DNA of 34,730 bases from Thermovirgaceae bacterium (GCA_046542505.1 JBKHBH010000013.1:1-34730); one strand, 5' to 3'; numbered from the stretch's first letter, positions 16,032-24,960 are shown. The notes: generated by a model from the sequence alone, not told the origin. Made by a program: numbers and translations.

Positions 16032-17373
16032 GCGGCCGGCTGAGGTCACCGTCACAGGCGCCGGGCTTGCCGGAAGCGAGGCCGCCTGGCAGCTCGCCGA
16101 ACGGGGGCTGTCGGTCCTCCTTGTGGAAATGCGCCCCGATACCATGTCGCCGGCGCACAAGACGGGCGAATTCGCAGAACTGGTGTGCAGCAATTCCCTC
16201 GGAGCCGATGTACTGACAAGCCCTGGAGGCATCCTGAAACGTGAGTTGAGACGGTGCGGGAGCCTGATCCTCCAGTGTGCTGATGAGGCGCGAATCCCCG
16301 CGGGGCGGGCCCTTGCCGTGGACCGGGACATCTTTTCCCGTTCCGTGACGCGACGCCTCGAATCGCACCCGCTGATACGGATAGAGCGGAGGGTCGTAGA
16401 GGAAATTCCACCGGGGCCGGTCATTCTGGCGACGGGTCCCCTCACTGCGGACGTCCTTGCAGAAAAGATCGGAGGGGTTATCGGCGAGGGTTTTTTGTAT
16501 TTCTTTGATGCCGTTTCCCCTGTGGTTACCGCCGAATCGATCGATATGAACCTGGCCTTCGCGGGCAGCCGGTGGGGCAAAGGTGACGACTACATCAACT
16601 GCCCCATGAGCGAAAGGGAATATTATGATTTCCAGGAGGCCCTTTCGAAGGCTGAACGTGCACCGGTGCACGAGTTCGAGAAAGACGGCCGATATTTCGA
16701 AGGCTGCCTTCCGATCGAAGAGATTGCCCGGCGAGGAAGGGATACCTTGCGGTTCGGGCCTCTGAGACCCGTGGGACTGGAAGATCCGAGAACTGCAAAG
16801 CGACCTTTTGCAGTGGTCCAGCTCAGGCAGGAAAACCGGGCGAAGACGCTATATAACCTCGTCGGTTTTCAGACCAACCTGCGCTGGCCGGAGCAGGAAC
16901 GTGTGTTCAGGCTCATACCGGCGCTGCATGAAGCGGAATTTGTCAGGTTCGGAGTGATGCACAGGAACCTGTATGTAAACGCCCCACGGGCGCTTGACCG
17001 CTATCTGCGCATACGCGGCCGTGAAGAGGTGTTTCTGGCCGGCCAGATCGTGGGCGTTGAAGGATATCTGGAAAGCGCGGCCATGGGCCTCGTTGCCGCG
17101 CTGAATCTTTCGGCCCTCATCAAGGGCCGTGCCTTTCCCGAATGGCCCCCGGAAACGGCGATCGGGGCCCTTTTGAACCACTTGTCCGAGGAGCCCCCTC
17201 ATGGACGTTTTCAGCCAATGAACGTCAATCTGGGACTTTTTCCCCCGCTTCCCGAAAAGATACGGAAACGGACGGAACGATGCCAACGGTACGCGGAACG
17301 TGCCGAATCCGCCCTCACGGCAGTACTTTCCGGAATTAAGGATGAGTCGTCTGGAGACAGAAAATTTTCTTGA
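16024..17373 (+). CDS. trmFO: Methylenetetrahydrofolate-tRNA-(uracil-54)-methyltransferase TrmFO (Gid)
   Basis: GAGLAGSEAAWQ, ELVCSNS, LVGFQTNL, GVMHRN and GVEGY; start ATG 16015 or 16024. Confidence 0.96.
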   Translation: MNERPAEVTVTGAGLAGSEAAWQLAERGLSVLLVEMRPDTMSPAHKTGEFAELVCSNSLGADVLTSPGGILKRELRRCGSLILQCADEARIPAGRALAVDRDIFSRSVTRRLESHPLIRIERRVVEEIPPGPVILATGPLTADVLAEKIGGVIGEGFLYFFDAVSPVVTAESIDMNLAFAGSRWGKGDDYINCPMSEREYYDFQEALSKAERAPVHEFEKDGRYFEGCLPIEEIARRGRDTLRFGPLRPVGLEDPRTAKRPFAVVQLRQENRAKTLYNLVGFQTNLRWPEQERVFRLIPALHEAEFVRFGVMHRNLYVNAPRALDRYLRIRGREEVFLAGQIVGVEGYLESAAMGLVAALNLSALIKGRAFPEWPPETAIGALLNHLSEEPPHGRFQPMNVNLGLFPPLPEKIRKRTERCQRYAERAESALTAVLSGIKDESSGDRKFS

Positions 17374-17425
17374 AGATCTGATTTCTTCAGAAAATTGTGT
17401 TAGATCAGACGCAAAATGCTACAAT
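17363..17425 (+). promoter_or_regulatory. Promoter/operator region of xerC-hslVU-codY: CodY-box-like sites and extended -10
   Basis: tttcttcagaaaatt (17382-17396) matches 12/15 of AATTTTCWGAAAATT; a second half-match aattttct starts at 17363; TGcTACAAT at 17417-17425. Confidence 0.55.
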
Positions 17426-17431
17426 ACTGAC

Positions 17432-18355
17432 ATGCACGACACTATAGCGTCCAGTGTGGATGCCTACCTTGAACATCTGAAGTACAGCCGCGGAACTTCG
17501 GATCATACTGTCGTGAATTACGCCGTCGATCTGGCGCAATTTTCGGATTACCTTGAGGCTCTGGAGATCAGGCATCCAGGCGCCGTCCGGCACACCCACG
17601 TCAGGAGCTTTTTGAGGGAAGTGGTGGGCTTCGGGTATGCCAGGAGCTCAGCGGCCCGGAAACTTTCATCCATAAAAGGGTGGACGTCATACCTCAGGGA
17701 GCGGGGAGAAATCTCTTCCGATCCGGCTTCGGGAGTCCGGGGGCCCAGACTGCCCAGGAAGTTGCCCAGGGCTATAACTGCCGACGAGGTGAACCGGCTG
17801 ATAGAAGAAGGGCCGCAGGGCAGCAACAAGGTGAGAGACAGAGCCGTCTTGGAGCTTTTGTATGGTTGTGGACTCCGCGTCGCCGAAGCGGCGGTCCTTG
17901 AATGGGAGCAAACGGACCTCGAGGAGAGGTGGCTCCGGGTCCGTGGCAAAGGCAACAAGGAACGGATGGTCCCTATGGGGCGTTGTGCAGTGGATGCTCT
18001 CAAGGACTGGGGAAAAACCCTCGCCTCCGGGGAGAGGTTCGTTTTTCCCGGCGAGGATGCCGGCCCGGTAACCGTCAGGACCCTTCACAGGATTGTCGCC
18101 CGGGCGGCACGGAACGCGGGTTTGGCGGAGGTGACACCTCATGTGCTCAGACACAGCTTCGCGACTCACATGCTGGAACGCGGGGCGAGTCTGAGGGTGC
18201 TACAGGACCTGTTGGGTCACGAAAGCCTTGTGACGACACAGCGATATCTCAAGGTAACGGCAGAACAGCTGAAAAAGAGCTATATCCAGGCACATCCGAG
18301 AGCATTGAACGGAGGAGACGATATTGAAGGGAACGACGATTATTTGCATACGTAG
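17432..18355 (+). CDS. xerC: Tyrosine recombinase XerC (CodV position)
   Basis: LYGCGLRVAE, GKGNKERMVP, HVLRHSFATH, LLGH and TTQRY; trmFO-xerC-hslV synteny. Confidence 0.93.
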   Translation: MHDTIASSVDAYLEHLKYSRGTSDHTVVNYAVDLAQFSDYLEALEIRHPGAVRHTHVRSFLREVVGFGYARSSAARKLSSIKGWTSYLRERGEISSDPASGVRGPRLPRKLPRAITADEVNRLIEEGPQGSNKVRDRAVLELLYGCGLRVAEAAVLEWEQTDLEERWLRVRGKGNKERMVPMGRCAVDALKDWGKTLASGERFVFPGEDAGPVTVRTLHRIVARAARNAGLAEVTPHVLRHSFATHMLERGASLRVLQDLLGHESLVTTQRYLKVTAEQLKKSYIQAHPRALNGGDDIEGNDDYLHT

Positions 18356-18854
18356 AAACAACGTGGTCGCCATGGCAGGGGACGGACAGGTCACCCAGGG
18401 CGACCAGATCATAAAGGCCGGCGCGAAAAAAGTCCGTACCCTCCATGGAGGTCAGATTCTCAGCGGTTTTGCCGGGGGTACCGCCGATGCCATGACATTG
18501 CTTGAGCGTTTTGAGAAACAGCTTGACGAACATTCCGGGAACCTTATGAGAGCTGCCGTCGCACTGGTAAAAGACTGGCGCACCGACAGGGCGCTGCGAC
18601 GGCTCGAAGCGATGATGCTCGTCGCCGATTCCACTCAGACACTCCTTTTGTCAGGCGCCGGAGATATCCTTGAACCTGAAGGGGAAGCGGCGGCGATAGG
18701 TTCCGGTGCGGGATATGCCCTCTCGGCGGCCAGGGCCTTTCTGGAATCTACCGACGCCGAAGCTGACTGGATTGCGAAACGATCAATCGAACTTGCCGCC
18801 GGTATCTGCATCTATACGAACGATTCCGTTGTCCTGGAGGTGCTCAGGTCGTGA
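18324..18854 (+). CDS. hslV: ATP-dependent protease subunit HslV (ClpQ)
   Basis: GTTII, AGDGQVT, GFAGGTADA, IGSG and ICIYTN; TTG start with RBS ggagg. Confidence 0.96.
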   Translation: MKGTTIICIRRNNVVAMAGDGQVTQGDQIIKAGAKKVRTLHGGQILSGFAGGTADAMTLLERFEKQLDEHSGNLMRAAVALVKDWRTDRALRRLEAMMLVADSTQTLLLSGAGDILEPEGEAAAIGSGAGYALSAARAFLESTDAEADWIAKRSIELAAGICIYTNDSVVLEVLRS

Positions 18855-20269
18855 CATTGTTTTCAGAAGAAACGTTGACTCCGCGGGCTATAGTAGATCA
18901 CCTTGGACGATATATCGTCGGCCAGGAAAAGGCGAAACGCGCCGTTGCAATCGCCCTGAGAAACAGGTTCAGGAGGAAGCGCCTTCCCGCCGAGATCGCC
19001 AGGGAAATCTTGCCGAAAAACATCCTTATGGTAGGCCCCACAGGTGTCGGGAAGACCGAGATCGCCCGAAGGCTTTCGGAGCTGGTGCGGGCACCCTTTG
19101 TGAAGGTGGAGGCTACGAAATACACCGAGGTCGGATATGTCGGCAGGGATGTGGAATCCATGATCCGCGACCTGGTGGAAAGAGCCGCCCAGATGGTGAG
19201 GGAACGGAAAACCGTTGAGGTTCAGGAAGAGGCCGCGGCCAGGGCGGAGGAACGTCTCCTCGATGCCCTGCTTCCACCACGGAAGGCGAAAGACCGCGTG
19301 GTGGACGTGATGAGCCTGTTCAGCGGGCAGAAAGAGCGGCAGGAGCCCCCCAGTGAAGAAGAACAGCGGCAGGAAAGCCAGCGATCGGTCACACGGGAAC
19401 GTCTCCGACAGATGCTCGGGGAAGGGAAACTGGACGGCCGGGAAGTGGAGATCGAGGTTTCCGAATCGGTACAGGCCGGCATCCCCTTGATGGGGGGCGG
19501 TCCAGGTATGGACGAAATGGGAATGAACATCGGCGAAATGCTTAGCGGTATCCTGCCGAAGAAAAAGAAACGGACCCGGACCACTGTTAGCGAAGCCAAA
19601 AAGATCCTCCAGGCGGAAGAGGCCGAGAAGCTTGTCGATCAGGAAACGGTTGCTCAGGAAGCGCTGGAGAAGGCCCAGGAGGAAGGGATAGTTTTTATAG
19701 ACGAGCTGGACAAGGTCACCGCGACGGGATCTGCACAGGGAGGTCCTGACGTCAGCCGCGAAGGAGTGCAACGCGACCTGCTCCCCGTGATCGAGGGGTG
19801 TACCGTCAATACCAAATATGGACCCGTGCAGACGGATCATATCCTGTTTATAGCCGCCGGCGCCTTCCAGAAGGTGAAACCTTCTGATCTTGTACCGGAG
19901 TTGCAGGGACGGATCCCTCTCAGGGTGGAACTCAGCCCTCTTTCTGAAGAAGACCTCGCGAGGATTCTCGTGGAGCCTGAAAACAGCCTGATCCGCCAGT
20001 ACCAGGCGCTGCTTTCCACGGAGGAGGTCACTCTGGATTTTGCAAACGGAGCAATCCAGGAAATGGCGTCACTGGCGGCACAAATGAATCGCGAGATGGA
20101 GAATATCGGAGCCAGGAGGCTTCATACCATACTGGAAAACCTGCTCGAGGATCTCCAGTTCGATGCGTCCGATATGCGGGGGGAAAAAGTGACGATTGAT
20201 GCCCGTTTCGTTCGTGAACGGCTGGAACCTCTTGTAGCAGATTCCGACATGCGCCGCTATATGCTTTGA
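18851..20269 (+). CDS. hslU: ATP-dependent protease ATPase subunit HslU (ClpY)
   Basis: PKNILMVGPTGVGKTEIARR, TEVGYVG, VSREGVQRDLLP and ENIGARRLHT. Confidence 0.97.
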   Translation: MTLFSEETLTPRAIVDHLGRYIVGQEKAKRAVAIALRNRFRRKRLPAEIAREILPKNILMVGPTGVGKTEIARRLSELVRAPFVKVEATKYTEVGYVGRDVESMIRDLVERAAQMVRERKTVEVQEEAAARAEERLLDALLPPRKAKDRVVDVMSLFSGQKERQEPPSEEEQRQESQRSVTRERLRQMLGEGKLDGREVEIEVSESVQAGIPLMGGGPGMDEMGMNIGEMLSGILPKKKKRTRTTVSEAKKILQAEEAEKLVDQETVAQEALEKAQEEGIVFIDELDKVTATGSAQGGPDVSREGVQRDLLPVIEGCTVNTKYGPVQTDHILFIAAGAFQKVKPSDLVPELQGRIPLRVELSPLSEEDLARILVEPENSLIRQYQALLSTEEVTLDFANGAIQEMASLAAQMNREMENIGARRLHTILENLLEDLQFDASDMRGEKVTIDARFVRERLEPLVADSDMRRYML

Positions 20270-20322
20270 TGGCCGGCGCCAGCAAACGGCAAAATTGCCG
20301 TCCGGGAGGATGAAGGAAAAAA

Positions 20323-21162
20323 ATGACGATGAAAACACCGAAGGAACTGATCGATTCCAGGGCCAAGATAATGGATATATCGGCCATGCAGGACCTTCTG
20401 GAGAGAACCAGGGCCGTGAACAGAATGCTCCAGAACAAGAAGGATACCGGGAGCCAGGATTTCCAGAGGCTGGCGAAACTCTTGTGCGAACAGTCCGCGG
20501 CCAACGTGTATATGATCGACAGGGAAGGGAAAATTCTGGGATATGGCTGGACCAGTGAATATGACTGCACGATCATGGAGGATCTTCTGAAAACGGGATA
20601 CATGCCTGAGGATTATGTGGAGAAACTGAACCAGATTCACGAGTCGGTCCTGAATCATACAGACCACGGGATGTGTGCCTATTCAGACAAACCCTGCACG
20701 TATTCGAACAAGCACGTCGTCTACATTCCCATCAATGGCGGGGGAGAACGTCTGGGAACGTTGATCCTGGCAAGGTTCGGCCACCCCTTTGATACCAGGG
20801 ACCTGGTTTTGGGCGAGTATCTGTCCACCGTTGTGGGGCTTGAAATTCTTTATGCCCGGGCGAGGCAGATCGAACAACGGGCAAGAGAAAGCCTTGTGGT
20901 CCAGATGGCGCTGAGAGCCCTTTCCTATTCAGAAGTTGAATCGATCAAACACATCGTTCGGGAACTTGGCAGCGCCGAGGGCGTTGTCATTGCTAGCAAG
21001 GTTGCCGACGCCGCGGGCGTCACCCGGAGCGTTATCGTCAACGCATTGAGAAAGCTGGAAAGTGCGGGTATTATTGAAAGCCGGAGCCTCGGGATGAAAG
21101 GCACCTACATCAAGGTCCTCAGTCCGCTTTTCATGGAACAGATCGGGTTTCCCGAGGACTGA
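20323..21162 (+). CDS. codY: Pleiotropic transcriptional repressor CodY
   Basis: LLERTRAVNRMLQ, PINGGGERLGTL, LSYSE and wHTH ASKVADAAGVTRSVIVNALRKLESAGIIESRSLGMKGT. The start may be a later Met. Confidence 0.96.
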   Translation: MTMKTPKELIDSRAKIMDISAMQDLLERTRAVNRMLQNKKDTGSQDFQRLAKLLCEQSAANVYMIDREGKILGYGWTSEYDCTIMEDLLKTGYMPEDYVEKLNQIHESVLNHTDHGMCAYSDKPCTYSNKHVVYIPINGGGERLGTLILARFGHPFDTRDLVLGEYLSTVVGLEILYARARQIEQRARESLVVQMALRALSYSEVESIKHIVRELGSAEGVVIASKVADAAGVTRSVIVNALRKLESAGIIESRSLGMKGTYIKVLSPLFMEQIGFPED

Positions 21163-21187
21163 CCGGATTTGCACAAGATGCTATACT
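21159..21187 (+). promoter_or_regulatory. Putative sigma70 promoter for the S1-protein gene
   Basis: CTGACC-17 nt-TATACT with a TG extension. Confidence 0.5.
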
Positions 21188-21306
21188 TGTTTGCGCCAGG
21201 AACCATCCGCACGGAGGTGATCGGTCAAAAAGTCATGCTGTGACATTCGAATGGACCGAAGACAAATTTTTAAAATGATCAAATCCAATGGAGGTATTCG
21301 AATTTC

Positions 21307-21723
21307 ATGGAGCAACAGAACAGTTCACGGCAGGCGACCGTCAACGTGGGGGATGTCGTAACGGGATCGGTGGAACAAATCATGCCCTTCGGAGCGTTCG
21401 TCAAGCTGTCGACCGGTCAGAAAGCGATGGTTCATATTTCGGAGCTGTCTCACGATTTCGTGAAAAAGGTAGAAGACGTGGTCTCCCTTAATCAGGAAAT
21501 TCGTGCGAAAGTAGTCAAGATCGATGAAAGAGGGCGAATCGACCTCTCCATCAAGAGGCTGCAGCCCAAACCGGACCGTCAGCGGCAGGGGCGGAGCAAC
21601 GGCGGAGCAGATGATTTCGAGAAAAAACTTGCTTCCTTTCTCAAAACCAGTGACCAGAAAATATCCGATCTTAACAAAAAGGCCAAAGACGGCCGCGGAA
21701 GCAAGGGTAGAGGGAAGAAGTAA
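21307..21723 (+). CDS. S1 RNA-binding domain protein (YabR/YugI-like)
   Basis: VGDVVTGSV...FGAFV...VHISELS...IDLSIK followed by the YabR-like tail FEKKLASFLKTSDQK. Confidence 0.92.
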   Translation: MEQQNSSRQATVNVGDVVTGSVEQIMPFGAFVKLSTGQKAMVHISELSHDFVKKVEDVVSLNQEIRAKVVKIDERGRIDLSIKRLQPKPDRQRQGRSNGGADDFEKKLASFLKTSDQKISDLNKKAKDGRGSKGRGKK

Positions 21724-21750
21724 CCTCGTGCATCCCCGGGCTTTTGTTAC

Positions 21751-21778
21751 AGGGGGCGCAATGCCCCCTCTTTTTTTT
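21751..21778 (+). terminator. Rho-independent terminator-like hairpin overlapping the DUF501 start
   Basis: agggggc-gcaat-gccccct-c followed by eight T. Confidence 0.75.
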
Positions 21779-22336
21779 GAGAAGATCCGTCGTGCGGATC
21801 TGGACACCATCCTTGAACAGATGGCCGGAAGAAAGTTTGACGAGAGGATCCTTGTCGGCATAGCCGCACGATGCCCCTTGGGTGCTCCTTCAGTCATTTT
21901 CTGTCGGCCACTTTTTAAAGGGAAACCCTTTCCGACGACCTTCTGGCTTACCTGTCCGCACGCCGTGAAAGAATGCGATGTCCTCGAGGCTGTAGGGGGT
22001 GTCGGACACCTTGAAACCTTTCTTGCGCGAAAACGGGGCGAATGGAGGGAATATGGGCTTTGGCATTCACTCATCAGGCTGGCTTTTCTCTCACCCGTCG
22101 AAAGAAGGTTTCTTGCCTCCAGACGCAAGTCAATGTGGGAAGACATCCGCAAGGGCAGGGTCGGCGGAACCCGGGACACAGGGCAGATCAGGGTGAAATG
22201 CCTTCATCTTCAGACCGCCTCGTGGTTAAGCCTCGGGTGTCATCCTGGTGAAACATGGCTTGGAAGCAGGATTTCGCAACTTTGTCCCGCCGATAGCGCA
22301 TATCCCTGCAGAAAATCGAAGAGCCCGAGAAGATGA
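21761..22336 (+). CDS. DUF501 family protein
   Basis: ARCPLGAPSV, PFPTTFWLTCP, LEAVGG, VGG and VKCLH; its stop overlaps the ppx start (ATGA). Confidence 0.88.
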   Translation: MPPLFFEKIRRADLDTILEQMAGRKFDERILVGIAARCPLGAPSVIFCRPLFKGKPFPTTFWLTCPHAVKECDVLEAVGGVGHLETFLARKRGEWREYGLWHSLIRLAFLSPVERRFLASRRKSMWEDIRKGRVGGTRDTGQIRVKCLHLQTASWLSLGCHPGETWLGSRISQLCPADSAYPCRKSKSPRR

Positions 22337-23241
22337 CACAGATTTTCGGTGCGGTGGATTTGGGATCGAACTCGGTCAGGTGCCTGGGTGTCTTTTACGA
22401 AGAACGGAAACTCAGGTACCTTTTTTCGGGAAGGTGGGTGACCCGTTTTTCCGAAGGGATGACCGACAACAAACGGGACATCTCCCCGCAGGCACTAGAG
22501 CGCACCTTGAAGGCTTTGTCCGAGACGAAAGACATGCTGCAGCAAAGGAAAGTCCCGCCTTCAAGGACGCGCTTTTTCGGCACCGAGGGCCTCAGGTCCG
22601 CTGATGGCATGGAAGAGGTCACTCAAGACCTGGAGGAAATCATCGATGCCCCCCTGACTGTCCTCGAAGGGCATGAGGAAGCCAGGCTCAGTCTCGAGGG
22701 GGCTCTTCTCGGCATAGACAGCGCAGACGCAGTGTTCGACCTTGGAGGCGGAAGCCTTGAAGTGGCCGGAGCCGACTTCGTGGAATCTTTCAGGGTCGGA
22801 GCCGTCAGAATGGCTTCTCTCTACGGTGATGAAGTCCGGAGAGTATACGAGAGTTCGCGGGAGATTCTCAAGGACCTGCCCCGAAAGGCCAAAAAGCTCG
22901 CCGGCGTCGGTGGCACTTCTTCTTCAGCGGCGATGATGCTGCAAAAAACACCCTGGCAGGAGTATCACCCTGAGAAGACCCACGCCCGCAAAATAGAAAA
23001 GACGGAACTTGGTGTGTTACTCCGGAAACTTGAGATTCTTGACGTGAAAGGGCGGCAGGAAGTTGCGGGACTCGAGCCGTCCAGGGCCGATATCATCGTT
23101 CCTGGCCTTTGCGTCATCGAAGCGCTGTTGGATAGCCTGGAGCTCGACTGGTACATCCACAGTGAAACGGACCTTCTCTGGGCACAATGTGCAAGGGCTG
23201 CTACCGAAGAAGGCCTGGTTGTCGAGGAAGCGGAATATTAA
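22333..23241 (+). CDS. ppx: Ppx/GppA family phosphatase (short, Ppx2-like)
   Basis: VDLGSNS, GHEEARL, DLGGGSLE, GVGGT and RADII. Confidence 0.88.
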   Translation: MTQIFGAVDLGSNSVRCLGVFYEERKLRYLFSGRWVTRFSEGMTDNKRDISPQALERTLKALSETKDMLQQRKVPPSRTRFFGTEGLRSADGMEEVTQDLEEIIDAPLTVLEGHEEARLSLEGALLGIDSADAVFDLGGGSLEVAGADFVESFRVGAVRMASLYGDEVRRVYESSREILKDLPRKAKKLAGVGGTSSSAAMMLQKTPWQEYHPEKTHARKIEKTELGVLLRKLEILDVKGRQEVAGLEPSRADIIVPGLCVIEALLDSLELDWYIHSETDLLWAQCARAATEEGLVVEEAEY

Positions 23242-23262
23242 GGAAGCAGGAGGCGGTCGTTC

Positions 23263-24672
23263 ATGTGGCACGGGCGGTTTCGTGAAGATACAGCGGAAGT
23301 AGTCCAGCGGTTTACCGAATCTCTCAATCTTGACTGGCGGCTGGCCCCCTACGACATTTACGGAAGCATAGCCCATGCGCGGATGCTTTCAGAGGTCGGG
23401 CTTGTCAGCCCTGATGAGGCAAAAACTCTTGAAGAGGGACTCAGACAGGTCCTCGAAGAGATACAGGACGGAAGCTTTACGCCTTCTCTGGCCATGGAAG
23501 ATGTCCACATGAACATCGAGGCGAGACTGACCGAGATCGTCGGTTCCGTGGGTGCCAGGCTCCACACCGGAAGGAGCCGAAACGACCAGTCCGTCACGGC
23601 CGTCAGGCTGTTTTTGCGAAAGGAAATGGTCGCTCTCGGCGACGGCCTCCTGATGCTGATGGATTCCCTCGTTGACAGGGCTGTAACGCACAGGAATGTA
23701 ATCATTCCGGGGTACACTCACCTCCAGCAGGCACAGCCCATCAGCATGGGGCATTACTGGCTGGCCCACTTCTGGGCCTTTTCCCGGGATTTCCGACGCG
23801 TCCTGTTTGCCCTTGAATCAATCAACGAGAGCCCGCTGGGCGCCGGCGCACTTGCCGGCTCCACGCTCCCTTTGGACAGAGGGTACACGGCGGGGCTGCT
23901 CGGGTTTGACAAGGTGGCCGAAAACAGCCTTGATGCCGTCAGCCAGAGGGATTATCTGCTTGACAGCCAGTACTCACTAGCCATGATGATGCTTCACACC
24001 AGCAGGATGGCAGAGGACATGATCATCTACAGCAGCAGGGAATTCGGCTGGATGGAGCTTCCCGACGCCTTCTGCACAGGTTCGAGCATGATGCCCCAGA
24101 AAAAGAATCCCGACGTGCTTGAACTCGTCAGGGGAAGGTCCGGACGGGTGGTGGGGGACCTTGTGGATCTCATGGTTATCCTCAAGGGGCTTCCTTTCGC
24201 CTATAACCGGGATATGCAGGAAGACAAGAGGGCTCTCTGGACTTCTCTCCAGATGACGAAGGACGTGCTGGAAGTCCTTCCACAGCTGGTCGCCAGGGTT
24301 GAGATCAACGAAGAACGGGCTGCTGCATCCTTCGAAGACGGCTTCACCCTTGCCACGGACGTGGCGGAGTATCTTGTCATGAAAGGAATTCCCTTCAGGG
24401 AGGCCCATGAGAAGGTTGGAAGCGCTGTCAGGTGGTGCATCGAACATTACAAGGCCCTGACGGATCTCACCCTGGAACAGTGGCAGGATCTTGTTCCCGA
24501 GACGGAGGAGGATCTGATGCCCCTTTTGAACATCGAGCAGTCCGTAAACAGGAGAAACACCCACGGGGGGACGTCTTTCAAACAGGTTGCCCTCCAGATC
24601 GAGCGGGGGCTCGAAACAATGGAGCAATACCGAAAACGTCTGGCGGAATTTCCCGCCCGCTTCGCCCTGTAA
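23263..24672 (+). CDS. argH: Argininosuccinate lyase
   Basis: WHGRF, EDVHMNIE, HTGRSRNDQ, PGYTHLQ and GSSMMPQKKNPD. Confidence 0.97.
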   Translation: MWHGRFREDTAEVVQRFTESLNLDWRLAPYDIYGSIAHARMLSEVGLVSPDEAKTLEEGLRQVLEEIQDGSFTPSLAMEDVHMNIEARLTEIVGSVGARLHTGRSRNDQSVTAVRLFLRKEMVALGDGLLMLMDSLVDRAVTHRNVIIPGYTHLQQAQPISMGHYWLAHFWAFSRDFRRVLFALESINESPLGAGALAGSTLPLDRGYTAGLLGFDKVAENSLDAVSQRDYLLDSQYSLAMMMLHTSRMAEDMIIYSSREFGWMELPDAFCTGSSMMPQKKNPDVLELVRGRSGRVVGDLVDLMVILKGLPFAYNRDMQEDKRALWTSLQMTKDVLEVLPQLVARVEINEERAAASFEDGFTLATDVAEYLVMKGIPFREAHEKVGSAVRWCIEHYKALTDLTLEQWQDLVPETEEDLMPLLNIEQSVNRRNTHGGTSFKQVALQIERGLETMEQYRKRLAEFPARFAL

Positions 24673-24735
24673 CCTGAAGGGACGCAAGAGATTGCGCCCT
24701 GTGGAAACAGATCGTGATTGACGCTTCAGGAGATC

Positions 24736-24764
24736 TTGACAGCATCGGCGATGGCGGGTATAGT
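24736..24764 (+). promoter_or_regulatory. Sigma70 promoter of the tRNA cluster
   Basis: TTGACA-17 nt-TATAGT, 16 nt upstream of tRNA-Lys. Confidence 0.85.
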
Positions 24765-24780
24765 GTTTCCCGCTCGAGCC

Positions 24781-24856
24781 GGGCCGTTAGCTCAGTTGGA
24801 AGAGCACCGGACTTTTAATCCGGGTGTCACAGGTTCGATCCCTGTACGGCCCACCA
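24781..24856 (+). tRNA. tRNA-Lys(TTT)
   Basis: Anticodon arm ccgga-ct-TTT-aa-tccgg, ggttcgatcc T-arm and CCA end. Confidence 0.97.
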
Positions 24857-24872
24857 ACGGCACCACTCAAGC

Positions 24873-24948
24873 GGTCCCATCGTCTAGTGGCCTAGGACAC
24901 AGCCCTTTCAAGGCTGCGGCACGGGTTCGAATCCCGTTGGGACCGCCA
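24873..24948 (+). tRNA. tRNA-Glu(TTC)
   Basis: Anticodon arm cagcc-ct-TTC-aa-ggctg, ggttcgaatcc T-arm and CCA end. Confidence 0.97.
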
Positions 24949-24960
24949 TTTTCTTTGGTT

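Noticed and set aside
17300..17431. Extended 5' ends of track ORFs (xerC here; likewise nifU 3919, iorB 7235, yraN 10361, DUF501 21524)
   Set aside because: They overlap upstream genes, and family similarity and start signals point to later starts.
17432..18355. Tyrosine recombinase as a phage or island integrase
   Set aside because: Its size and the trmFO-xerC-hslVU-codY context indicate housekeeping XerC; there is no cargo or att pair nearby.
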